Below, in pieces: positions 18,213 through 26,887 of a stretch of DNA of 48,550 bases (position 1 is the first letter of the stretch; each line of letters starts with the position of its first letter). Position numbers and translations under genes: made by a program. The notes below the pieces were generated by a model. That model was given only the letters and a program-made list of their open reading frames with translations, had not been told where the DNA came from and did not search any database. Origin of the DNA: a virus; the IMG/VR virus record IMGVR_UViG_3300033174_000005; one strand, given 5' to 3'.

Positions 18213-18670
18213 ATGCCATTGGTTGCCATTAATTTAATTATGGCTTGATATTGTATGTTGCAGTATGATAATGCTTTTTGTATATCTTCTTTGGTGGGTA
18301 TGTTTTGTATATTGTAATCTTCTTTGTCATGATGTGGTCGGGGAAGTTGTGGTATTTGGATCTCGAATGTTTTGTATAATAATGTTATGCTGGTGATCCG
18401 GCTGAGTATTGTTGCGGGGCTTTCTTCATTGTTTATTTTGTGGTTTATGTATGTTATTAATCGTTTTCTTATTTTTCGGTGTTTCATTTTTATTTGTTGG
18501 TCTTCATCTTCCTCAGCTTCTTCTATTATTTGTGTTGGAGTCATATTATGGTGTTTGCAATAGTCTTTGATTTGTAATAATCTTAGTTCTATTGTTCGTG
18601 GTTTCATGTTTCTTGTTTGGAGAAACATTTGGATGTGTGGGTCTTTTTCTATATTTTCTATGGGTTTCAT
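18200..18670 (-). pseudogene. Truncated tyrosine integrase (N-terminal and core-binding part only)
   Basis: Resembles methanogen integrases (MTPTQIIEEAEEDE..QIKMKHRKI; PTKEDIQKAL..CNIQYQAIIKLMA) and stops where the catalytic Arg motif should begin. Confidence 0.75.
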
Positions 18671-18808
18671 AGGTTTTTATATGTTGTTTTTAATATATAA
18701 CCCTTCATTTTTGGTTGGTTACTGCTATATTAATCTTACTTTTTTGTTAGGTTATACCCTTATTTGTGTGATTAAAAAAGTTGATTGTATTACTCATTAT
18801 TTTTTGAT

Positions 18809-18846
18809 AAAAAAAATCCCCACCATACAAAAAATGTATAGTGGGG
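18809..18846 (-). terminator. Hairpin plus U-tract ending the late operon
   Basis: CCCCAC-x-ATACA / TGTAT-x-GTGGGG stem at 18818..18846, followed by a T run on the minus strand. Confidence 0.6.
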
Positions 18847-19029
18847 TAATATTAAACCTTTGGGCGAGATATGAAAATAATAGTACGATTAATTAAAACA
18901 ATAGAAAAACTGATAAACTATAAAATAAATAAAGCATAAACCAAAATAAACATATCACCTTCAAAAAATATAAAATAAATAATGTATGATACCTACCAAC
19001 CCCTATAAAAAAAGGAAAAAAAGGAAAAA

Positions 19030-19632
19030 TTAGTTTCCAATCTGTCGGCTAATAAAAAAAGCCGTGAACATACCAACAAACTTATCTTTTTTATTATTAT
19101 ATGAACTCAATGATTTACAACCATTTTGAGCCATATTTAACCCATGCGTATCACTTACTTTTCCAACAATATAACCATTTTCAACTACATATCCACCAGC
19201 CACACCATTATAAGGCCGTAAATAATAACCACGATTATCATGTGATTTACCGTGTATTAAACAGTAATCAACATCTGTCACGGTACTATACCACATACCC
19301 TCAACGTTCTGGCTACACTTACCTACCTCATAGTTCAATATACCATAACGGTGGCTGGATGGGTCGTAATTTTGGAATACGCGTGTCTGGTAACGGTAAC
19401 TACCATCACTCAAACTACACGTACACTTTCCCGTGCTCATCACATAGTTATCAGTCACGACAACATTATATGCAGCATTTGATGCTGTGATTGGTTGTAC
19501 AAAAGCAAATATTAACAGTGCTACTATTAACGCAGTAGCCATCACCGTTTTACACGGTGGATCATCCTTCTTCATATTTTTTGGTCTCACACTAAATTTA
19601 GTGAATATATACATATAAACATATATAAACAT
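19030..19632 (-). CDS. Secreted Cys-rich protein of methanogen type (start probably MKKDD)
   Basis: Signal peptide TALIVALLIFAFVQPITA; GKCTCS...EG.WY...D.DYC..HGK. Confidence 0.65.
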   Translation of the reverse strand: MFIYVYMYIFTKFSVRPKNMKKDDPPCKTVMATALIVALLIFAFVQPITASNAAYNVVVTDNYVMSTGKCTCSLSDGSYRYQTRVFQNYDPSSHRYGILNYEVGKCSQNVEGMWYSTVTDVDYCLIHGKSHDNRGYYLRPYNGVAGGYVVENGYIVGKVSDTHGLNMAQNGCKSLSSYNNKKDKFVGMFTAFFISRQIGN

Positions 19633-19814
19633 TACTACTTAAACACTTAAACACCAAAACACTTATATATTAAAACATACAAAAATACAGTATGACAAAA
19701 ACAAAAGTCTTCAACTCCAATACAAGTGGAAAATGAGAGGGAAAAAAATTAATATTCTTTTCTACGTCCCCTAATACCAATCCCTCTCCATCCACACACC
19801 CAATCATCTATTTT

Positions 19815-20276
19815 TTAAGAGTATTTCTTTGATTTTACAATTAAACGATAAATAAAGTAAGGCCAATCCACATCCTCATTTATCCACATCACATTTATTC
19901 CCTGTGCCTGTATACTTGCAATTTGTCCAAGCACACTATGAGGATGTATTTGACTATAACACTCCTTTAAATTTCCATGTATCATAATAACCTTTATAGG
20001 CAGGTCTAATTCTTTGAGACGAATTAATTGTTCTTCTAATCGCTGATATTGCGTTTTATCCTTTCTTTCCCTTTTTATAGTCATGGAACTTATAAAATCA
20101 TCTATACTTTTTCTCTCAATAATTCCATATTCCCATTGGAAGTCTCCAGTATCTAATTTTTTGATTTGAACTTCTAAATCTTGATAATCTTCTGCCATAC
20201 TGAGAAATTTAGATTGAATATGTTTTGGTTCTCTTGTATCCACATATAAAGTGTGTTCCATTGTTAATACTTCCAA
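19815..20276 (-). CDS. Stand-alone ERCC4/XPF-family nuclease
   Basis: VDTRE ... L.TGDF ... ERKSIDDF signature. Confidence 0.9.
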   Translation of the reverse strand: MEVLTMEHTLYVDTREPKHIQSKFLSMAEDYQDLEVQIKKLDTGDFQWEYGIIERKSIDDFISSMTIKRERKDKTQYQRLEEQLIRLKELDLPIKVIMIHGNLKECYSQIHPHSVLGQIASIQAQGINVMWINEDVDWPYFIYRLIVKSKKYS

Positions 20277-20313
20277 TAATATTAAATTAAATTAAAAAAA
20301 GAAAAATAGGATA

Positions 20314-21072
20314 TTATTTAAGGTATGTTAATGGGTTTTTAAGGAACTTGTCTGGATCGACAAAGCCGTGAATATTAGTTTTATATAATGCTCCTTTTTG
20401 GCTGTATGTGCTGTCATATTTTCCTATACGTACCCCAAAGTGTAAATGGTCATTTACATCACTTTGACCACTCTTTGCACGTAATCCACGATATATGGTT
20501 CCTATTTTTTCACCACGTTTTACTTTATCTCCTACCTTTCTGCTCCGGTTAATATGCCAATAAACAGCAGTGAAACGGTGCCCCTCATAATTATATTCTA
20601 CAACTATTACTCCCGCCCATGTTGTACTGTCATAACTTTGTTTTACTGTTCCATCTGCTATGCTAACTACCTCAGCATTTTGGTTTCGACACACATCTTT
20701 TCCTACGTGTATTTTACCAGCATACCAATCATGACCAAAATGCCACATAGGGGGCTGGTCGGAATAATAACATTTAACTGGTTCGGTGAGAATTAAAGAG
20801 GGTTTGGAATTAACTTCTGGTTTATACACTGCTACATTTACATATTTTGGCACGTAGCCCTTAGTTTGCATAAATGCTGTGTATCGTTTCACTGCATCAA
20901 TCCAATCACTTATCTTTGCTTGATAACCATCCTTAAAAATCACATAGTTAGGGAGGCGTCTTTTACCACTCTTTTTAAGGTAATTATCTTCCCATTTTTT
21001 AACTTCTTTCTGTTTATCTAAAAATTCGTTGATATCTACTTTCTTTGTAGTCATAGTTAATTCTCCTCCCAA
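20314..21072 (-). CDS. Endolysin: pseudomurein-binding-repeat-like N-terminus plus M23 peptidase
   Basis: DAVKRYTAFMQTKGYVPKYV (PMBR-like); HVGKD (HxxxD), V.SIADG.V, YWHI, HLHF (HxH). Confidence 0.8.
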   Translation of the reverse strand: MGGELTMTTKKVDINEFLDKQKEVKKWEDNYLKKSGKRRLPNYVIFKDGYQAKISDWIDAVKRYTAFMQTKGYVPKYVNVAVYKPEVNSKPSLILTEPVKCYYSDQPPMWHFGHDWYAGKIHVGKDVCRNQNAEVVSIADGTVKQSYDSTTWAGVIVVEYNYEGHRFTAVYWHINRSRKVGDKVKRGEKIGTIYRGLRAKSGQSDVNDHLHFGVRIGKYDSTYSQKGALYKTNIHGFVDPDKFLKNPLTYLK

Positions 21073-21097
21073 AAAAAAGGTGTTATTATATAAAAGA

Positions 21098-21922
21098 TTA
21101 TGGTGTTAATGGTCTGACCACGGGAACTTCCACGACGCCGTAGCAGAACCATGAAAATGTTACATACGTTCCACTACTCCAATTAACACTGTTAATTCTT
21201 GTCGCATACACGGTAAAACCTGTACCATAACCCCTGTTACAATTAAACATATAATAATTACTCGCTGCAGTTGCATCTGCAAATTCAATCACTTTAAACC
21301 GGTAATGTGGATAAACAGTCTTACTGGTGTAAGGAGTGCCATTACCATTAATACTGTCAGTTCCCGTGTCTATCATCCAAATCTCGCTCCCTGTATTTGT
21401 GGATCCTGTGGGATTAATCCAACTTTGGAAGGGCTGTGTTTGATTATGCAGATCAAAACGCACATAATCCAGTATCGGGGTATACCCATCCATATCTCCT
21501 TGTGTTACCAGTTTCAATTGATATGTGCTATTTGGACTGAAATAAAGAGATATACAAGTGGTGGTGGTGCTGCTATCAATATAAGATATATAAATACTCC
21601 CACCGTCATGGTTTCCACTTGTCCAAGTTACCTTTGACCCATCCTTATAGACTTCTAATTCAAATACACTATTTCCAAACTCCAATCCAGATGTGCTAAC
21701 AAAATCATATATAAAATATATATCATAAAATCCTTCAAGGTCGCCGGATTGTATTAGTCCGCTGTCAAAGATTTCCTTATCCGCACCATCTACTTTTACT
21801 CCGCTTTCAAGGTAGTATGTGGAATCATAGGCTAAATATCCATCTTTTCCAATGAAATCCGGGGCGTTCCATTTCATTGTATGTCCCTGTGGCATGCCAG
21901 AGAGGAATGTTTCAATTGCCAT
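21098..21922 (-). CDS. Tail tip / receptor-binding protein
   Basis: Beta-rich (S/T/G/Y); last gene of the tail cluster. Confidence 0.6.
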   Translation of the reverse strand: MAIETFLSGMPQGHTMKWNAPDFIGKDGYLAYDSTYYLESGVKVDGADKEIFDSGLIQSGDLEGFYDIYFIYDFVSTSGLEFGNSVFELEVYKDGSKVTWTSGNHDGGSIYISYIDSSTTTTCISLYFSPNSTYQLKLVTQGDMDGYTPILDYVRFDLHNQTQPFQSWINPTGSTNTGSEIWMIDTGTDSINGNGTPYTSKTVYPHYRFKVIEFADATAASNYYMFNCNRGYGTGFTVYATRINSVNWSSGTYVTFSWFCYGVVEVPVVRPLTP

Positions 21923-21925
21923 AGC

Positions 21926-22690
21926 TTAGTTCACCTCATAGCAGAAATCTATACTGTTTATTGTGACATTATAATCACTATCACCATCTATTAATATTTT
22001 AACCCTTAATCCAACATAATTATTAGGATTATCATAACCTAAACGCAATATAGACTGATTACTTACAGGTACAGTGTTAGTTTCAAATGTGTAATCATTT
22101 AATTCCTCCACATAAACATAGCAATCCTCACCCGGGACTAATCCACCAGGAGTGGTGAATGTGATATAATAATTACTATCTGTACCGGTGTCTTGTGTTA
22201 CACTACTACCACCGCTGTTGTAGTAGAGTTTTATACTGTCATCTTCATAGTTTTCAAATTTAAATGGAAGATTAAGCCGTATCTTTCCAGCGGTGGTTGT
22301 TCCGGGAATATTAATAAGAGGTGGTAATCCTACACATTGTTTAAGGTCAAAAAGTATATCATCTGTTGTCTCTGTACCTATAGTGGTTACGCTCTGCTCT
22401 CCTAGTAACACATCATCTCCTTGTAGTGTTACACCGTAAAGTTGGAATAAAGCCTCAAAAACTTCCGAGGCAATTAGAGTACTATATGTCCAGTTTACTC
22501 TGACATAGTTCCAATGAAAATTATTAGACTCCACAATGGCGTGTGTTAACTGCATCAAACCCTCCACCCTTTCCTCATTACTGGGGGGATTATAATAAGC
22601 ATCCTCTTCCTCTGTGGCGGTGAAATTATAGCTCAATAAATCTTCCTGTATTAAATCCGCACCACTGTATTGTTTTCTTATAACTACCAT
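21926..22690 (-). CDS. Minor tail protein
   Basis: Position and composition. Confidence 0.6.
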   Translation of the reverse strand: MVVIRKQYSGADLIQEDLLSYNFTATEEEDAYYNPPSNEERVEGLMQLTHAIVESNNFHWNYVRVNWTYSTLIASEVFEALFQLYGVTLQGDDVLLGEQSVTTIGTETTDDILFDLKQCVGLPPLINIPGTTTAGKIRLNLPFKFENYEDDSIKLYYNSGGSSVTQDTGTDSNYYITFTTPGGLVPGEDCYVYVEELNDYTFETNTVPVSNQSILRLGYDNPNNYVGLRVKILIDGDSDYNVTINSIDFCYEVN

Positions 22691-24954
22691 TATTTCACCC
22701 CTATAAATCCACCAGGACTGGCTTTTCCCAGTCTACGTAATGTATCTTGATCATATGCCCCACTCGTTGTCTGGTTTTCTCCTTTGTGTATTTTATCCAA
22801 AACCGTGGATAATAAGTTCCGGAATCTGCGGCTAGGTTCACCAAGATCTAATTGTGTCGTGAAAATATCATCATCATCAAAATTTACATAATTAATTATA
22901 GATTTTACTTCATGATTACCGGTTAAACGGGCACTGTCAAAGGTTACATTCATATACTGGTCTGGTTTAAGATTACACGTGCCCTGAAGGGTGATGTCAA
23001 ATGAGGGATAAATATACTTGTTAAACCCCACTTCATTATTAGCAAGAGCTTGAGCAGTTCCTTTACTCTTAATATCAGTTAAAGTTTCATGTTTTCCCTT
23101 CCAATCATAGTGCTGGTATGATTCATGGTTACTACTAAATACGATGCCTGTTTTTTCCTCATCTATCATGTAACTTTTACTACTGTTATTACAAAGCTCC
23201 TCAAGAGGATTATATTTTATTTCCCCACATTCTAGAATATTCACACCTTCACGTGCCTCTGTGTCCACTATTTCATCCTTTTCCTTTAACACAACTAAGC
23301 TGTCAAGACGTGGATCATCATTATAATCTACGTAAGCAGTTAAACGGGCTTTATCACACATTTCCTTTAAATGTTCAAGTGGCGTTTTAACCTCACTATC
23401 CTCTAAATAGCCCACATCAGTGGCAGTACTATACATACTAATATTATCTATAAGTATTGCCCTATTCTGGCGTGTGCTTGTCTGATAACTTGCAATAGTG
23501 CTCCGCAGGCTTATCTCACTAATATAATAATTGCTACTGGGCTTGTAATTATCAAACAGTTCCTGTAAATCAAAACTAATATTATTCCAACTATTATTAT
23601 CCTTAGGTGTGACTTTACCAATCACATTAGTCGTATTATTTCCTGTGAACTTCACATAATAATAAGTCGCATCATCATAAGCTTCCTCCTCAGTGTGCAT
23701 TTTAAAGGCAATATCCGCAGGGAAATAAGTTACACCATACCGTCCAGCTTTCTTATACTGCATGGTAAACTGGTTAAGTTGGCTGGCATCAATATAACGA
23801 CTGTTATCCTCAAATAATTTAATATAACCCGCACCCGTCGAAGCTCCCACACCAAAATAGTAGCATGGTTTAGGATTACCATCTTTACTATAAAGGCTTC
23901 TCCAGTACCCCCCATTATTACTCATACTGTCATAATGGGTGGTAGCTCCAAAACTTTTCCAGTAGCTCCGTGTACTTGTATCACTATCTGTGAATGATGA
24001 GTGAATATTTTCACCATTTAATCTTATTTCACTTGTTTCACAGAAATATTTAGCAGCATCCAAGGCGTTTCCAAAATTTATCATAGGAAACATATTGTTT
24101 TCAGTAGATGTGCTGCTACTACCTACACGGAAATTTTTATAAGCAGGGCGACGTTCTAAATCATAAAGCCGATCCACAAAGTTTAACGTGATTATTCCTT
24201 CCTTCAAATTTTCACTATAATCTCCAAGGTATCCTCCAAACACACACTTGGTGTCACGGTAATTTTGACCCGTATATATTCTTATTTGGTCGCCGTAGTC
24301 AAATTTAAGGCGACTATAATCATTACTTAAATCATAATAATCTTCTTTCATTCCTACAACTGTTGTAGCAGTGTTTAATTCAGATACTCCGTTCTGTGTC
24401 CACTCCATGTTTTTAATATTAAGCCTTGTGCTGTCTTGTGTGTCATTTGTGCTATATTTTTCTATTCTCTGTATTCTAATAGATTTTACCATCACATCTT
24501 TTGTGATAGTTAACTGAAAAGCAGTATTACCACTATTTAAATATTTAAGACCATAATCCAATTCAGATATATGATCCTGAGCATAATATGTTTTATAAGG
24601 GTTGAATGTGTCATCTAATTGTGTCCCAGCAATGGTTATTGTGGCTGTTCCGGTTAATTTAGGCCCCCGACGTAGCCGTACACGTATACGATACCATCCC
24701 TCTTTTCCTATGTTCACTGTTTTAATTAGATTTACAGATGCACTGGCACTTTTGGGGTTGATTTGCACCCATTTCTCGCCGAGGCTTTCCACCTCTTCCA
24801 CCGCAGCACTTTTACTCCAATCTTTAAAATAATAAAAATAGAGATAGTTATGATCCTTACATTCCATATCCACCCGGATGTAAGGGTCGTTGATTACCGT
24901 GTTTTGTGGTATGTGGGTGGTTGTGGGGTTGAAACTAGTTAAAACCATATTCAT
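22690..24954 (-). CDS. Baseplate hub / Tal-like tail protein
   Basis: FGGY.G, LNFVDRL..L and terminal H.VKSI..Y....TQLDLGEP hub-like segments; two genes after the tape measure. Confidence 0.65.
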   Translation of the reverse strand: MNMVLTSFNPTTTHIPQNTVINDPYIRVDMECKDHNYLYFYYFKDWSKSAAVEEVESLGEKWVQINPKSASASVNLIKTVNIGKEGWYRIRVRLRRGPKLTGTATITIAGTQLDDTFNPYKTYYAQDHISELDYGLKYLNSGNTAFQLTITKDVMVKSIRIQRIEKYSTNDTQDSTRLNIKNMEWTQNGVSELNTATTVVGMKEDYYDLSNDYSRLKFDYGDQIRIYTGQNYRDTKCVFGGYLGDYSENLKEGIITLNFVDRLYDLERRPAYKNFRVGSSSTSTENNMFPMINFGNALDAAKYFCETSEIRLNGENIHSSFTDSDTSTRSYWKSFGATTHYDSMSNNGGYWRSLYSKDGNPKPCYYFGVGASTGAGYIKLFEDNSRYIDASQLNQFTMQYKKAGRYGVTYFPADIAFKMHTEEEAYDDATYYYVKFTGNNTTNVIGKVTPKDNNSWNNISFDLQELFDNYKPSSNYYISEISLRSTIASYQTSTRQNRAILIDNISMYSTATDVGYLEDSEVKTPLEHLKEMCDKARLTAYVDYNDDPRLDSLVVLKEKDEIVDTEAREGVNILECGEIKYNPLEELCNNSSKSYMIDEEKTGIVFSSNHESYQHYDWKGKHETLTDIKSKGTAQALANNEVGFNKYIYPSFDITLQGTCNLKPDQYMNVTFDSARLTGNHEVKSIINYVNFDDDDIFTTQLDLGEPSRRFRNLLSTVLDKIHKGENQTTSGAYDQDTLRRLGKASPGGFIGVK

Positions 24955-26858
24955 GACCTCTCATACTTAATTTTTTGAACGGTTTGTGTCATAAACTCCT
25001 GTGCAATACTTAAATATCCATTAGGGTCGGTATAGGTTTCTGTGGCATCATACCAACCAATACCTGTGCAACCACACGCAGGAATATAATCGGATTTGAT
25101 TGTGGTAGGATCTATTTGGATTATTTGCAATCTGTAATCATCCGCAGGATCAGGGGTGGTACAATCACCGGTTCCTTTACTGTAAATGTTACAATAAAAA
25201 TCATCTTCCATAGTTATATCCGCATCAGCTGCAGGGTCTGTGGTGGTTGATACATCATGATAATAACATGTCTTCCTAATATACCCAAGGTCATGGTATG
25301 GGTGTTCTACCATTACAAAAGGTTTTCCACGCCACATATGCCAGTAAGTCCGGTTAACTTGGACTACCACCTTTTCGCTGGTGTTATATATTATTTTGAT
25401 TAGACTGATTCCGTCTGGTGTGGTGCCCGTTCCGGGTGCAAACTTATTCACCAAATTCCAAGCAGCCCCATAATAAGCGTATAATTCAATGTAGTCATCT
25501 CCACTATCTGGTATTAATTTAATCAATCCATTATTCATATTGAAGTCGCCAACATCATCATAAACTGTATTACATCCATAAATTGGTGTGGTGTCATTAT
25601 AAACCTTCACCGATCCGTCATAGACATTAGTAGGATCAGTATCAATATCCACCGTGAACAAAAGATCATCCGATGGATTTTCATAACAAGGAATATTACC
25701 CCCCAATCCGGCCCGGTTAAAATCAGCCGTAGTCTCCAATGTTGCGCCTTGTGGTAAAGCAACAATATTAGGGTAAGTGGATTGGGTGTAGCTATACACG
25801 TCTATACTTGATGATTTAAGGGAGGCACTGGTGCTGTCTTTGTTCATGAAAAGATATGATAAATAAAGGTCTTGTATGTAATCATCTAAACCTGTTTTAG
25901 CATTATAAACAGTTGAATAACTTCCCCCATCCTCCTTGAAATACACGGTGAGGGTAGTGTCCGCTAAATATTTAAGTTTAAACCCGGAAACCGTGGCTGT
26001 AGTAGTGGTGCTGTAAAGAGTTGTCCATGCACCATCAACCTTTTTAGACACTTCAAAGGTTGTACCCCCACTAGCCACTCTTAAAGCTACGTTCACCGCA
26101 TTTTCCTGTGCAGTAAGCCATTCATTAATAGTAGAGGGTTTACTGGGCAATATACTGAACATAAGTACATGATTATAACCTGCCGGTGCAGATACTTTCT
26201 CCAAATCCATCTCTATATAAAATGGCAAGTCATAACTATTTTGGGTAACAGTAGCCATGTAACCAGTGGTTCCATCCACATCGCTTTGACCAGTAAAAAC
26301 AAGTTTACCACCACTACTGCTTATGCTTCCCGTAGTCATCCCACTTTTAAATGCAGACTCCCAATTAGTAACTGTGTCAAAAGTGCTGAAATCATCCGTT
26401 AAATGATGAGTAGCAGTAACATCATCATAAGTATGAGTCAATGTTGTGTTATCCTCAATACCATTAGTATAATCCATCTTCAAATAATCATACTGATTAT
26501 TAGTAATTTTAATAATTTCAATAGCCACATTAAAATAATTAGTATGATAACGCTCAGTAAGACTAACATTTTTTATATAATACCATCCACGATGTGGAAA
26601 CTGATAAATATTATAATTAGCTGTACTATCAATCCAAACCAACTCATCCCTTCTACTTAATTCATAAAGATCAAATGCTTGCTGAGCAGTACAATCAATA
26701 CTAAAACTATCACTAGTAGTGTGAATACCTTTAGGAGAGACCATATTAACCCCTCTCGCACTACTCACATTTACCTCTGATTCAGTATTCCAATTATCCC
26801 CCTCAATCAATGCATAAACTTCAAAAGCAATTGGTCCAATCCATGCAACGGTTGCCAA
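24951..26858 (-). CDS. Distal tail (Dit-like) protein with inserted beta-sandwich domain
   Basis: Directly follows the tape measure; beta-rich. Confidence 0.6.
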   Translation of the reverse strand: MATVAWIGPIAFEVYALIEGDNWNTESEVNVSSARGVNMVSPKGIHTTSDSFSIDCTAQQAFDLYELSRRDELVWIDSTANYNIYQFPHRGWYYIKNVSLTERYHTNYFNVAIEIIKITNNQYDYLKMDYTNGIEDNTTLTHTYDDVTATHHLTDDFSTFDTVTNWESAFKSGMTTGSISSSGGKLVFTGQSDVDGTTGYMATVTQNSYDLPFYIEMDLEKVSAPAGYNHVLMFSILPSKPSTINEWLTAQENAVNVALRVASGGTTFEVSKKVDGAWTTLYSTTTTATVSGFKLKYLADTTLTVYFKEDGGSYSTVYNAKTGLDDYIQDLYLSYLFMNKDSTSASLKSSSIDVYSYTQSTYPNIVALPQGATLETTADFNRAGLGGNIPCYENPSDDLLFTVDIDTDPTNVYDGSVKVYNDTTPIYGCNTVYDDVGDFNMNNGLIKLIPDSGDDYIELYAYYGAAWNLVNKFAPGTGTTPDGISLIKIIYNTSEKVVVQVNRTYWHMWRGKPFVMVEHPYHDLGYIRKTCYYHDVSTTTDPAADADITMEDDFYCNIYSKGTGDCTTPDPADDYRLQIIQIDPTTIKSDYIPACGCTGIGWYDATETYTDPNGYLSIAQEFMTQTVQKIKYERS

Positions 26859-26887
26859 AAATAATCACCTCAAAAAAAAATAGAAAA

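Noticed and set aside
18567-18896. Plus-strand 109-aa ORF as a divergent repressor
   Set aside because: Low-complexity F/L/I/Y translation, overlaps the integrase fragment and a terminator, and has no HTH or RHH pattern.
18885-18955. 21-codon hydrophobic minus-strand ORF behind GAAGGTGAT (type I toxin-like)
   Set aside because: Hydrophobicity follows from T-rich DNA, RBS spacing is very short, and no antisense partner is evident.
21098-26858. Diversity-generating retroelement acting on tail genes
   Set aside because: No reverse transcriptase, and no template/variable repeat pair was noticed.
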